Source: Ostreococcus lucimarinus
Taxonomy: Eukaryota
Length of the DNA: 64,000 nucleotides
Strand: one strand, 5' to 3'
Assembly (NCBI GenBank): GCA_000092065.1
Contig: CP000584.1
The stretch's first letter is position 1, and every line of letters begins with the position of its first letter. Below the pieces are notes generated by a model. The model did no database searches and was not told the origin of the DNA. It saw only the letters and a program-made list of their open reading frames with translations. Position numbers and translations under genes: made by a program. This document shows, piece after piece, positions 28,498 to 41,630 of this stretch.

Positions 28498-29133
28498 TCA
28501 GTCCATGCGTTGCTCTTCCTCATCCGTGCTGACGTCCTCGGCAGCTTCTTCATCGATTTCTTCCAACTCGATGTCTTGTTCGCCCTCGGCTTCCATGATC
28601 ACCTTCACGCACTCTTCCCGCTCGTTGTGCATCGCTTCGTCCAGCGGCGTTCTGCCGGCTTGATTGCAAACGCTCGCGCTCCCTCCTTTGTCCAGGAGCA
28701 GTTGCACGATATTGGCGTGACCGTTCAGACACGCCCAGTGCATGGCCGTGCTACCCTGATCGTTCGTCTTGTTCACGTCCGCGCCGTACTCGAGAAAGAG
28801 CGATACAATTTCCACATGCCCATTCGCGGCGGCGAACAAAAGTCCGTCGTACGCGTCCGCGAGCGCGCCTTGGTCCAAGTACGCCCGACACTCGTCGAAC
28901 TCACCGTAACGCGCCGCATCGGCCAACGCCTCGCTCAATTCTTCCGCCGTCGACATCGGAAACGCGCGCGCCGGCGAATGCGAAAGCGCAGTTTCCATCG
29001 CCGCCGACGCGAACTCCCGTGTGGCGCCAATCTCGCAGGTCTTCGCAGAGTCGTTATTCACCAGCGTCCACGATGAGCGCCTCGGCGCGCGTCGGGCGAT
29101 CGACGCGCGCGATGGAGACGAAATCAAAGCCAA
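28498..29133 (-). CDS. Ankyrin-repeat protein with acidic C-terminal tail (start possibly at 28998 or 28956)
   Basis: LLFAAANGHVEIVSLFLEYGADVNKTNDQGSTAMHWACLNGHANIVQLLLDKGGSASVCNQAGRTPLDEA is three canonical ANK repeats. Confidence 0.7.
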   Translation of the reverse strand: MALISSPSRASIARRAPRRSSWTLVNNDSAKTCEIGATREFASAAMETALSHSPARAFPMSTAEELSEALADAARYGEFDECRAYLDQGALADAYDGLLFAAANGHVEIVSLFLEYGADVNKTNDQGSTAMHWACLNGHANIVQLLLDKGGSASVCNQAGRTPLDEAMHNEREECVKVIMEAEGEQDIELEEIDEEAAEDVSTDEEEQRMD

Positions 29134-29339
29134 ACTTCATCGTCGGCTTCGCGTATTTACTCGGTGCGTCACGACGACGACGGCTGCGAGAACCGTCGCG
29201 CGCGATGCGCGTCAAACGACACCAACGACATCGTACGCGCTCGACGCGACTCGCGTCGCGACTCGACTGACGACGAGGTTTTCATCGCGAAGCGACGCAA
29301 CTCACGTCGAAACTTTTACCGTTCTTCATCAACACCCTG

Positions 29340-31333
29340 GTGGCCCGCCGACTCACGCCGGAGGAGTTCGGCGTTCCAACCGTGCACTTTTATCTGCTGT
29401 CCACGGCGATTCTCACCACCCGCGAAGGCTTTCGTCGAGCACTGATGAGAGATTCCGTGAAGGACGCCTCGCTCGGGTACGCCTGGCTCGTACTTCCGAT
29501 CGGTGGCTTTCTTTCCATCGTCATTCCTCTGGGCGTGATTTGGTCGCAAAACATATCCACCCGCGAACCGTACGGCTTGGCGCTACTCTACTACGGCGCC
29601 GCAGCGTTCATCGAACTGTGCGCGGAGCCATATTACATTCGAGCGATGCGAATGTCGGCGTTCAAGCTGAGACTATTCGCAGAAACCACGTCCACGGTCC
29701 TTAGAAGTGTCTTGACGTACGCGCTGGTTTCAGCGAACCAAAACAACGTCGTCATGGCGTTTGCGTACTCGCAGGTGAGAGTTAATTTTATTTCACGCGG
29801 GAATTAAATCACACCGCATCGTACCGCGACTGACGAGAATTTCGTGGTGCAGTTGCTGTACGCCATATCAATGGCGGTGATATACGTATGTGCTACGACG
29901 AAAGCGCCGGAGAAGTCGATGTTGAGAGATGGTGCAACAGTGCAATTAATTGGTATTTTTTCTCTTCAGGTGAGTGATTTCTCGTGCACAAAACGCGTCT
30001 CGACTCACGATCACACATACGCAGGCTGTGTGGAAGCTCGTTTTGGCGGAAGGAGAAAAGGCTGCTCTTATAGCCGTCGCCGCTGCGGATGAAGTCGGCG
30101 TCTACGGCCTCGTGGCTTCCCTCGGGTGAGTTGGAACTATTTCGATAATTAATTAATTGTCGACTAAATATTTTGAAACAGCGCGGCATTCGCACGATTG
30201 GTGCTACAACCTTTTGAAGAGGCGGCGTTTGTTATTTTCACGCGCAGTGTCTCTTCGAAGTCGCAATCATCGAAGGAAAAGGAAGTCTTCAATGCATTAT
30301 TACGCGTAGCAATTATTTTCGGGAGCACGGCGGTGAGTGTGTGATCTTACGCGAGCCTGTCGTCTTTGAACGAGCGGAACTGACTCACTTACGCTAACAG
30401 GCATTCATGGGACCTCATTTCTCGTGGTTAGCGCTGAGGTGAGTCGCTTTGGCGTCAGCTTTTGAGGTGTTGTATTTAATTATTTCGGTTCGTCGACAGA
30501 ATTTTATATGGTGAACGGTGGGCAAACCAGCATTTCGCGTCTGAAACGCTCGGTTTCTACGCCATTTTGATTCTACCACTTGCGGTAAGTATTGCGTCGC
30601 GCGTGCTACGGTGGCAATTGGTTTCTCAACGCGCATGCGTGGGAATTAATTATTTATGCGTTCTCGTGGGCGTGAATTATTTCATTAACTCTGACTTGTC
30701 GCTGCTTCGCAGGTGAACGGTATCACGGAGGCTTTCGCCCACGCGGTGATGGTAAGTGATCATTTATAGCATTTCATTGCGTTTGACTGATTTACGACCG
30801 TTACACAGTCCTCGTCCGAATTAAGCTCGTCTAATATTTGGCTTCTCGTGTGTTCTTTCGTCAATGTGGTACGTGCTCACTCTTTGCTACGGCTAGCCAT
30901 CCGACTAATTTGATGAATTAGGGCGGTACTTTGATGCTTCAGCGTAGACTTGGGCCAGTTGCCTTGCTCGTGGCGAACGCTTTGAGCATGATCGTCCGAA
31001 TCACGTTCACGAGCTCGTATATACGCAAGCGCTTTGCGAGCCAAAAGGCAAATGCACGCTTGAAGTTCCTCTCAAAAACATATCTTTCGGTACGTATGAT
31101 GCGGCGCGAACCACTCAATCTATAACACTGAACCACTTTACGCGCAGGCCTTGGTCATTTTCTCGATCGTTGCCAGGCTCTCGGACCAGGCGTTACGTCG
31201 TGACCCGAGCGCCCTCGGTTTACTAGCGCACACTGGGTGCGGGGCGATAATACTCGCCATTCTCCTCGTCACGCTCTACTTTTACGAGCGCGATGCGTTC
31301 TTGTACTTATCGAGACATGATAAAAGCGATTAG
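29340..31333 (+). CDS. RFT1: RFT1 (oligosaccharide-lipid flippase-like) homologue, about 9 exons: approx. join(29340..29774,29853..29969,30025..30125,30182..30332,30401..30438,30500..30584,30713..30751,30922..31089,31148..31333)
   Basis: Exon 1 (ARRLTPEEFGVPTVHFYLLSTAILTTREGFRRALMR) matches the RFT1 N-terminal signature. Successive short ORFs in consistent phase are separated by 55-170-nt AT-rich segments that start GTGAGT/GTAAGT/GTACGT and end CAG/TAG. Boundaries were derived by eye and are approximate. Confidence 0.6.
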
Positions 31334-31600
31334 CGCCTTCTCATGTCTTCAAACGTAGCGCATTGTGAAATTCATCGTTTTCACACTGCACGAGCCTTGA
31401 ACGATTTCTGACGAAGCCCCAGCCCAGCGCATCTCTGTCTGACCTAGATCACTGCTTCGCCGCAGTCTGTGACGCTACGCCGCCGGCGAAGACGCGCGTG
31501 AGCGCGTATTTGGTTTAATACGTACACGTAGACGCAAAGCGCAACGCTTTCGCGCCTCTTAGTGCAACCCACGCGCGGCGATCGACTTGAGAACGACGCC

Positions 31601-31915
31601 ATGAACTTTGCCCGTCGTGCCGTTTGCACGGCTGTACGAGGTGCGCAGCGCACGTCGGTGCGCTCTTACGGTGCGGGTCCACCGGGAGGATACTTCGCGG
31701 AGGGTACGCAAACGGGCCGGAACGGTTACCTGTTCGGCGAAACTCCGCCGGCACCGGGCAAGCGGAGAGTTTGGGAAGACTGGGAGGCGCCGTGGTACGG
31801 TGCACTCACCCTCGCCACCGCCATTCTCTGCGTTGGTCTCCAAGCCAAGCCTGACACGAGGATGACGTCTTGGGCTAGGGAGGAAGCCGCGCGCCGGTTG
31901 GAAGCGGAAAAGTAG
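31601..31915 (+). CDS. NDUFB11: Complex I accessory subunit NDUFB11/ESSS-like small mitochondrial membrane protein
   Basis: GYLFGETPPAPGKRRVWEDWEAPWYGALTLATAILCVGLQAKPDTRMTSWAREEAARRL aligns with bovine ESSS (...VAYLPDYRMQEWARREAERL). Has a presequence and one TM helix. Confidence 0.55.
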   Translation: MNFARRAVCTAVRGAQRTSVRSYGAGPPGGYFAEGTQTGRNGYLFGETPPAPGKRRVWEDWEAPWYGALTLATAILCVGLQAKPDTRMTSWAREEAARRLEAEK

Positions 31916-32080
31916 AGTCGCTTTCGCGCGCAAAACTTAGTCGAGTAGCCAAGCGTTCGGCATTGACAACCCAACGCGTTGTAAATTGTTTTGTAGAGCT
32001 TCAATCGAGTCGTCTTCCGGTCTTTTTGGCCATGCTGCTATGTGATTTTGCAAATCGCTAATCGTTGTCTAGTAAAATAC

Positions 32081-33985
32081 CTATCGTCGATACCTCGATC
32101 TCTTGAAGTTGACGTAGAGGTGGAAGATGCCGCGCTCAAAAGTGCATCGGAATCCTCGCTTGTGGCTGTATTCCCATTCCTTGTTCACGATCTTGAACGC
32201 GATATCCTCGTACGGTGGGCCCGCGGTGATTTTGAGCAAACACGTTTCGGCATTTGGCGAACCGTCGGGCTCGATTTTGTAAGAAGGCGCCTTGGTGGTG
32301 TCGATGAGGTCCGGGTAGAAGATGTTGAACTTGTACCCCTGCACAATCTTTGGAGGCGGATTTGACGAGTCATAGTGCGTTTGGTTGTACTTGTTCCACG
32401 AGTAGCCTGTGTGAACGCGATTGAAATACTTAGGCTTGCGTGGACGATATTTATCGTGCCACCAGTACGCCTGAGATTCCAACGCAACCTCGGCGGAGAA
32501 GTTTGCGTCGCCGTCTTCCGTGGCGCCCATCATGCGCTCGACCAAGTCTTTCGCTTTCTTATCCGCTTGCTTTTCGATGTCTTTAAAATCAGTCGTTCCA
32601 GTGATCAAATTGGCGAGGACACCAGTGTTGTGATGTGCGCCTCCCGCCTTTTTGAATGCGTTGTAAACATCTTCCTCTGTCTTACCTCGAAGCACCCGGT
32701 TCTCAGAGGTCACCTTTTTGAAGCGCGACATGCTCTTGATGCGTTCTTCCTCGCGAAAGCGAGTGAGATTGGCTTCTTCTTGGTCAATGTCGATTATTTC
32801 GATCCCATCCTCTACCTCTTGCAATCGCATCGGGGATAAAGAAGGATCAAACTCTGCCAACGCCGTGCGCTCCGGCTCGTCACCCGTGTCGTCCCACTCT
32901 CCACCATCGCGAGCATCATCGTCCGCTGTATGCTTTCCAAAGTCATCACCGAGCAAATCATCGTCGTCGTCATCTTCTTCAGCTGGTGCGGCGGTGATAA
33001 GCGATCGTGCCCGACCACCGTCTTCAATTTCTTCGCGCTCAAACTTGACCTTGAGCTCTTTGTGCGTCTCCTCGACAATCGCTCGCTTTTTGGCAAGTTT
33101 AACCCGCTGCAAAACCGCACCCCAGTATTCCACTTCACTCGCATCCGGGCCTTCAATTTGCTCGGAGATCTCACTCTCGAGCTCGGCTAATTCCGACGCA
33201 GATTTGCCGCCAACGATTTCTACGACGTCTTCGTCGATGTCGGCGTGCAAGCCCGTCGCCTCCGCGCGTTCGGACGTTTGCCCTCGCACCCGCGCGAGCT
33301 CGATCTCTGCGTTCTTCCGGTGTTCGTTCATCTCTTCCTCCGTCAACCCGATCAAAGCACTCCAAAATTCTCGCCTTTGCGCATTCTTCGTGTCGAGCTC
33401 GCGCAATTCTTCTAACTCCTTCCTCGTCTCCCCGAGCTCGTGCGCCGTCAACCCTTTCAACACCGTGAGCGGGTTCACGAACGCATCGAACTCGACGTAC
33501 GATTCCGCGAACACATTCCTGGAGATTAAATCGATCGCCTTCGCCCGCCCCTCCTTTATTCGTATGTCCGCTCGCACCTTGGCTTGCCGCAGGTGAAACT
33601 CGTTCTCCTTCTCCTCCAGCGCTTTCGCCTCTCCCTCGGCGCGCGATCGCTTGTGCGCGTCCATGGTCGCCAGCACGCTCGGTTGCCGTCTCGTCCAATC
33701 GCCTCCGTCGTCCGACGTCTTGGACTTGCGCCAATCCTCCGCCGTCGACCCCGCCGTCGACGCCCCGGCGCCGAAACGCGGTCGCCCCGCATCGTTCGCG
33801 GGCGGTGGCGGCACATCCTCCATGCGGCCGACGCGCCACGGGCGCGCGCGGGCTCTGGCTCGGCGCGGGGTCGCGGGGTCGTTGTCGTTGTCGTCGTTTG
33901 TTTCTTTTCTTTTCTCCGCCCCGACCCGGCGGTTTCGTCGCGCGCGCGCGGAGTCCGGGACGCCCAGACGTCGCGCGCGACGCAA
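32081..33985 (-). CDS. CACTIN: Cactin (spliceosome-associated; cactin mid and C-terminal domains). Start at 33985 or 33823
   Basis: The C-terminal block ...YKFNIFYPDLIDTTKAPSYKIEPDG...FKIVNKEWEYSHKRGFRCTFERGIFHLYVNFKRSRYRR is the conserved cactin C-terminus. Confidence 0.85.
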   Translation of the reverse strand: MRRARRLGVPDSARARRNRRVGAEKRKETNDDNDNDPATPRRARARARPWRVGRMEDVPPPPANDAGRPRFGAGASTAGSTAEDWRKSKTSDDGGDWTRRQPSVLATMDAHKRSRAEGEAKALEEKENEFHLRQAKVRADIRIKEGRAKAIDLISRNVFAESYVEFDAFVNPLTVLKGLTAHELGETRKELEELRELDTKNAQRREFWSALIGLTEEEMNEHRKNAEIELARVRGQTSERAEATGLHADIDEDVVEIVGGKSASELAELESEISEQIEGPDASEVEYWGAVLQRVKLAKKRAIVEETHKELKVKFEREEIEDGGRARSLITAAPAEEDDDDDDLLGDDFGKHTADDDARDGGEWDDTGDEPERTALAEFDPSLSPMRLQEVEDGIEIIDIDQEEANLTRFREEERIKSMSRFKKVTSENRVLRGKTEEDVYNAFKKAGGAHHNTGVLANLITGTTDFKDIEKQADKKAKDLVERMMGATEDGDANFSAEVALESQAYWWHDKYRPRKPKYFNRVHTGYSWNKYNQTHYDSSNPPPKIVQGYKFNIFYPDLIDTTKAPSYKIEPDGSPNAETCLLKITAGPPYEDIAFKIVNKEWEYSHKRGFRCTFERGIFHLYVNFKRSRYRR

Positions 33986-34119
33986 TCACGTCGCCCCGCC
34001 GCGCGGCGGTCGGGCGGTCGGGCTTTGAACACCCTCCGCGCGCGGGTCGGCACGTCGTCGCGCGTCGCGTCGGCGCGCGAAGTCGGCGCGAAGTCAGCGC
34101 GCGTCTCGCGACGAAACCG

Positions 34120-34166
34120 ATGGCGAGGGAAAGGACGCCGACGCGACGGACGCGACGGACGCGACG

Positions 34167-34208
<42 letters not shown>

Positions 34209-35793
34209 AAGGCGGACGCGATGGGCGGCGTGCGGGGCGATCGGGATTTTGACGTTTTTGACGACGCTCTTGGGGGCGAACGGAGAGCCGGAGTGCCAAG
34301 AACGAAGCGAAACGCGCGCGGTGGACGTAGAACTCGACACCGGGGCGTGGCAAACGATCGTCACGGGAGGGCTTGCGCTGTTCGGGGGGGACGTGGAGGC
34401 GAACGCGACGCTCGGGCCGTGGACGATTGGGGGGGCGAGCGCGGACGCCTACGGATGCGCGATCGGTAGCGTGGGAGACGATTTCACGGGTAAAGATGTC
34501 TTGGTCGTGAAGCGAGGGGAGTGTGAGTTCTACGAGAAGGCTAGGGTGGCGCAAGACGTCGGAGCAAAGGCGGTCTTTGTGGTGAGCGATGGGGAAGACT
34601 TCACCGCGATGACGTGCAACGAGGATCAGAAACTGGATGTCGTGACCGTTTTAGTGACGGGAACGACTGGACAGGCGATCCTCGATGCCACCACGGAAGT
34701 GGGCGCGACGATTACGATCGCACGCTCCGACGCACTGCCGAGACAGTTTGATTTCTTGGCCTCTGCGGCTCTCGTTGCGTTGGCCCTCGCTACCATCGCC
34801 CTCGGTGGAAGGTGGTCGTTGAAGGACAAACGAGCCGTCGTGAGCTCAAAACGTGATGATGATGACATCGACGATAGTAGTGACGGAGGAGAAGCCCATG
34901 AGGGCATCGAGATAAACGAGTACAGCGCGTTTTGGTTCGTCATCATGGCGTCAGCGGTCTTACTCATCTTGTTTTATTCCATGCAACATTGGGTATTCGT
35001 GGTGATGAGACTGGTGTTTTCTTTCGCTTCCTTCCAAGGATTGTACGTGATATGTTTCGAGGCGTTGATGTCGAGACGAAAGTCGACCTCGAGGGATTCA
35101 AGAGTGCTGTTGCCCATCGTCGGCTCAGTTCACCTTTTGGCCATTCCGGCGGCTGTATTCGCTGGCTTAATCGTTGCCACGTGGCTTATATTCCGGCAAG
35201 CCACGTGGGCTTGGATGTTGCAGGATATCATGGGTTTGTCATTCTTGGTAAACGTGTTGCGTTTGGTGCATCTGCCCAACTTCAAGGTGGCCACCATACT
35301 TTTATGTTGCGCGATGTTGTACGACATCTTCTGGGTCTACGTTCAGCCACATTTGTTCGGTAAGAAGAGCGTGATGGTCGCCGTTGCGCGCGGCGGAGAT
35401 GAAGGTGAAAGTTTACCGATGCTATTTTTATTCCCGAGAGCTTCAAGTCCAGGGGATTTCTCCATGCTGGGGTACGGCGACGTCATCCTTCCCGGTTTAC
35501 TCATCGTGCACAACTTGTTGTTTGACAACAGAAAGCGCAATTTTTCGGATACCAGGTACTATTACTTCTTCTGGAGTATGGTTGCATACGTTGTCGGGAT
35601 GTGCTTGACGTTCACGGCGCTTTATTTTGAGGTTGGAGGCCAAGGTGGACAACCAGCGTTGACGTATTTAGTTCCCACCGTCGTCGGGACGACGGGAATT
35701 TTAGCGTGGAAGCACGACGATTTATCAGACATGTGGTACGGTGTCGACGATGATTACTCGGCATTACCATCGGAGTCCCAATCTATATTGTAA
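34120..35793 (+). CDS. SPPL: Signal peptide peptidase-like (SPPL2-type) intramembrane aspartyl protease with an N-terminal PA domain. The presequence contains a TTTTTTTTTTTTT tract
   Basis: PA domain (GKDVLVVKRGECEFYEKARVAQDVGAKAVFVVSDGED). Catalytic motifs YD (CAMLYDIFWV), GxGD (LGYGDVILPGL) and PAL (QPALTYLVP) are in multi-TM context. ORF from 33805, first Met after GC-run at 34120. Confidence 0.85.
34163..34210. repeat. (ACG)n/(GAC)n trinucleotide microsatellite (about 16 units), coding poly-Thr in SPPL. Similar tracts occur at about 20389-20423, 25201-25262 and 27343-27362
   Basis: acggacgacgacgacgacgacgacgacgacgacgacgacgacgcg read directly. Confidence 0.9.
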
Positions 35794-35920
35794 AAAGTAA
35801 GATACACGTAGTTGCGTAGAAACAACCGCACCACTCCACGCGCTCGTGAACGCCTCTCGCGCAGAGAACCTGCATTGTGCCGCTCGTTCGTGCCGTAACC
35901 GGGATCTCGCGCGGTAATGC

Positions 35921-36265
35921 GTGATGAATAGAGACAAAGCGCGACAAGGTCTTAGAGCACCGACTCTGGGCGGTGCGACGAAAGAAGATACCCCCATTGC
36001 GCGTCGCGTCGCGTTCCTCCGCGAAGCCGCCCAAGCGTACGTCGAAGACATTCCCGAATTGTCGGCGTGGTTGAGCATGTCAGCGACTACTTTAGCGCGA
36101 GAAAACGAGCTATCGCGAACGCAAATAAACGCATACGGGTCTTGTCCAGCGTGTGGCTTACCCAAAGACTCTGAAGAGATCAGTTGTCGACTGTGTGGTT
36201 CTCTGCTGAAGAAGAAACAACGCCGTGCGACCAAGGATAGTAGACGAGCGCACGGGAGTAGTTAA
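35921..36265 (+). CDS. Small protein with a C-terminal CxxC...CxxC zinc ribbon, possibly RNase P subunit Rpr2/RPP21-like
   Basis: IARRVAFLREAAQAYVE (Rpr2-like R..FL.QAA) plus CPACGLPKDSEEISCRLCG. Weak assignment. Confidence 0.3.
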   Translation: MMNRDKARQGLRAPTLGGATKEDTPIARRVAFLREAAQAYVEDIPELSAWLSMSATTLARENELSRTQINAYGSCPACGLPKDSEEISCRLCGSLLKKKQRRATKDSRRAHGSS

Positions 36266-36349
36266 AGTACTTGTTTAGGGACATATGTATGAAAAGTAGA
36301 CGATGCATAGTATCACATATTTCATGTTCGGCACGTATCAAATACCGAT

Positions 36350-37816
36350 CTAAGCGAACGAAACGCCTTTCAAAATTGCCGCACCAGAGCTGGGCAGCGT
36401 TGCGAAGAGCGTCGTCGCCATATTGTCAGCAGAAATAAGGCCCGCAGCGATGCGAGAAGAGTAGAAAGACTCGTGCACCGCTTTCAGAACACTCTCTACC
36501 GCATCCTTGGCGACAATTGCTACGGCACAACCGCCCCAACCAGCACCAGTAAGACGCGCGCCCAGAGCACCCGCCGCTCTAAATGCATCCACGAGTTCAT
36601 CCAGCTCCGCGCAAGAGCACTCGTACAGGGCTCTACAAGATTCGTGGCTACCATTCATGTACACGCCCAGCTCCGTTGGGTCGACCTTCATCGCGCACGC
36701 CGCAGCGAACAAGTGCACACGACCGGCCTCGGAGTAGACGTGCAACGTCCGCGCCAGAAGCTTATATCCCTTCTCGTTGTGACTCAAGACCAACTTCGAC
36801 GCTGGTGAAGAGAAGACGTCCATGAATGCTTCTACTCCTATGAGTTCTTCAATCTCTCTTGCATCGTAGTATCCCTCGTGCAAATGTTCCTCGGCCGCAG
36901 CCTTAGCGGCAGACATGGAGCCGACAAAGTCTTCGATTTCCTTGAGCGTCTCTATTTTTGACGCTTCTTCCGCGTTCATACCTAGCTTTAAACCTAAAAT
37001 AATCGCCGCAAGACGGCACTCTACGACGCGCAAATTATAGCGCTCGTGTGCGGTCTCCGCTTTGTTGCTCACTGCGAGGCAGTTGCCTATGATGAACGCC
37101 GCTTCCTCCGGAAGGTTGACGTCGTTGGTGCTTATGGGATTGAAATCGACCAATTTTGCCACACCAGCTTCGCCCATGATGGAAATAGCTTGATCCATAC
37201 CCCCCGACTGCGTTCCTGAGTATCGTTCGCACTTGCACGTGAAGTCAGCAATTTCACCTTGAGTGAAATTCAATCCTAGCGCGTGCATCACCGCCACCGC
37301 CACGGCGCAGCACAACGCCGAGGACGAACTCAAACCGCTTCCAGTGGGTACCGTGCCGTCGACGATGATGTCCAACCCAACGGGGGCGGGTGATGCCTTA
37401 TCGCTCTCTTTCAAGAAATCGAACACCCCCTTGTAGCCGCACATGACGTAATTCGTCCAGTGCAAAGACGCCGCGTCCACGTCTTGTTCGGGCGAGCTCT
37501 CGAATGTCTTCGGCGTGTACTTTTCGTTCGTGTTCCCGACCGCGATCTTCCCCGAACTCGCATTCACGGAGATGGCGACGATAGTGTCGAGCCCGATCGC
37601 CATCGGCAGCACGGAGTACCCCTCGTAATCGATGTGTTCGCCGATTAAATTCACTCGTCCCGGCGACCTCGCGAACGCGTCCGGCTCGCGTCCGTACGCC
37701 TTCACGAACGCATCGCGCACCGTCGCGTACCGCGCGCGCGTGTGCGTCTCCAGCGACGCGGCGTCATATATCTCTTCTAACGAGCTCACCACTCGCACCT
37801 CATCATCCGTCCCCAT
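36350..37816 (-). CDS. GALK: Galactokinase-type GHMP kinase
   Basis: Galactokinase signature PGRVNLIGEHIDYEGYSVLPMAI, GHMP ATP-binding motif PTGSGLSSSSALCCAVAVA, and C-terminal GAGWGGCAVAIV. Confidence 0.85.
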   Translation of the reverse strand: MGTDDEVRVVSSLEEIYDAASLETHTRARYATVRDAFVKAYGREPDAFARSPGRVNLIGEHIDYEGYSVLPMAIGLDTIVAISVNASSGKIAVGNTNEKYTPKTFESSPEQDVDAASLHWTNYVMCGYKGVFDFLKESDKASPAPVGLDIIVDGTVPTGSGLSSSSALCCAVAVAVMHALGLNFTQGEIADFTCKCERYSGTQSGGMDQAISIMGEAGVAKLVDFNPISTNDVNLPEEAAFIIGNCLAVSNKAETAHERYNLRVVECRLAAIILGLKLGMNAEEASKIETLKEIEDFVGSMSAAKAAAEEHLHEGYYDAREIEELIGVEAFMDVFSSPASKLVLSHNEKGYKLLARTLHVYSEAGRVHLFAAACAMKVDPTELGVYMNGSHESCRALYECSCAELDELVDAFRAAGALGARLTGAGWGGCAVAIVAKDAVESVLKAVHESFYSSRIAAGLISADNMATTLFATLPSSGAAILKGVSFA

Positions 37817-38467
37817 GCTCGCCGTCTCGCGCGCGCGATTGCGACGGCACGCGGCGCGTCGCGCGCGCTCGGCGCCAACGCGTCCGTCGCGCGCGGTGCC
37901 GTTTTCATTTTTACGTTTGCCGCGTCGGCTGTTTTTTACGCATTCAACGACACGATACCGCCATCAAGCGCACACCAGGGTTCAACCTCGCCCCTCCAGA
38001 TGCGCTGAAAATCCCGCGTCGCCGTCTTCGAATGCCGACCGCCGACCGAGGCGCGGGCGAAACGAGTGACGGAGGACGTTCGAGGCGACGCGACGCGACG
38101 CGACCGCGCGCGCCGCACAGTTGCTCGCACGACCGCGTCGGGCGCACGGAGCGAAGCGATCTGACGCGTGAACGACGAACGCGTCGACGAACGCGAACGG
38201 CGCGAGCGCGGACGATCGAGCGCGAGCGCGATCGTCGTCGAAGCGCGCGCGAATTCGCGCTTGGAACGACTGGATCCCACGCTCGAGCGATCTTGGGGGG
38301 ATTTAAGGCGCGAGTTTGAGGCGCTTTAGGACGCAAATTCACAGCGTCACGGAGGAGGTCGATATCGGTCACGTCGCATCGCGCGCGTTCGCATCGCACG
38401 TCAGTCGCGACCGAACACGGACGTCGGATCGTCAACCGCACATCATCTTGATTTCGGCTCGGCGACC

Positions 38468-39235
38468 ATGGCGAAGAGTGCCGAGGTCGTTCTATCCGCT
38501 CTCGATGAGTCCATCAAGACGGCTAGCGTGAGCGAATTGGCGAAAATGGGCATCACAATCGAGGGTCTGAGCGATGATATGGACGCGAAGGAGCGTGAGA
38601 AACTGTTGAGGATGTACCGACGCAAGATCGCGAATCGCGAGTCTGCCAAGCGTTCAAAGATTAGGAAGAAGGCTGAGGACGCAAAACTGCTCTCCGCCGC
38701 AGAGACTCTGCTGCAGGACAGTGCCAGCATGCGTAAAACGATCACGGACTTGCAGAAGAAGGTCGACACATTGTACGCCGAAAACGTCAAGCTTCGGATG
38801 AAATTGGGCGAGAAAGTTTCGGAAGACACCGGGCCTTCGATGAAACCGGTCAACCTGCCTCCTGAAGTGGAACCACCGAGTCTGGTCATGAAAGAAGCTC
38901 GAAAGAAAAAGCGGGGCATGCTCAAATCAATGTCTGATTCGTCCATCGCCACTACTTTTGAAGAAGAGACTCGCGCTTTGCCCATAGAAGAACCTTCAAA
39001 AGTGACGAAGCGCGCCAAAGGCAAGCGTGCCACCATCAACGAGCCCAACCCTCTATTGACGCAAGACCAACTTAATTACCTCAACCACCCAGATGACTCT
39101 GGATATGTTCTTCAAAGCTTCTTGATGAATGATTCCAATCGTCCTGGAACTGACTCTCCTTTTTTCACAGACAACTATGCGATGTACGACTTTCAAGACG
39201 GCGAAGTTGTCGATGACGGTGTTCCTTTCTTCTGA
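38468..39235 (+). CDS. bZIP transcription factor
   Basis: Basic region KIANRESAKRSKIRKK (N-x7-R), followed by a leucine-zipper/coiled coil (LQDSASMRKTITDLQKKVDTLYAENVKLRMKL). Confidence 0.6.
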   Translation: MAKSAEVVLSALDESIKTASVSELAKMGITIEGLSDDMDAKEREKLLRMYRRKIANRESAKRSKIRKKAEDAKLLSAAETLLQDSASMRKTITDLQKKVDTLYAENVKLRMKLGEKVSEDTGPSMKPVNLPPEVEPPSLVMKEARKKKRGMLKSMSDSSIATTFEEETRALPIEEPSKVTKRAKGKRATINEPNPLLTQDQLNYLNHPDDSGYVLQSFLMNDSNRPGTDSPFFTDNYAMYDFQDGEVVDDGVPFF

Positions 39236-39685
39236 CGATTGATGAACGAAGACTTCCATCATTCCATGTTATTTCCACGTTTCTGTAAAAAACTACGGGG
39301 AATTCGTCAAATATTCTGAACAAGAGAGAGATTCTGACGCCCCGTGGCAATAAATCTGCTTTGTAAACTAAAACAGTGCACGCCAAAAAATCAAGAGCTC
39401 ACTCGCGTAATTTTTTTTCTTGTCTTTCATAATTTTACATGGCACTACAGGTAAGTGCTAATCCCTCACCGGCTGGGTGGTTCTCGCGCATCCCTCGCCT
39501 CCTTGCATGTCGATACGTATCCCTCGCGCGCGCTTTCGCGTGCGCAAGTGAAAAGGTGTTGACAGGGACCCTGCGCTCGGCGATATGCGGGAGTTGCGCA
39601 CTTTGTGTGTGTATGTTCATTCACAAATTATTTATACTAGATGCGATCGTTCGGGATAAAGACAAGAGACTAAAGTGTGACGGAT

Positions 39686-41257
<1,572 letters not shown>

Positions 41258-41630
41258 TTAGTGCGCGTCTCTGCGACTCGCGTTCGCGGGTTTCTCTCCG
41301 CGCTCGCGCGCAGACGTTGACAAACTCTCCGCTCGCGTGTACGCGCGCGTTGTTCGTGACGCACGGAGCGCGCGTCGACGTGTGCGCCACGATTCGCGCG
41401 CGCCGCCCTAGCCACCCTCGCGCCAGACGAGCCGAGCCGCTGACGCGACATCGCGCGATTAGGGTTGTTCGGCGCGCGGTCGATCTTTTTTTATCGCGAG
41501 TTCGGTGATTTCCATTCGACGGCGTTCGAACGCCGTCGAATGCGTCGTTCGACCGCGAAAATGGAAATCGCCGTCCGAGCGCGGTCGCGAACGTCACGTC
41601 ACCGCACTCGCGCGCGCGGGAACGCGAACG

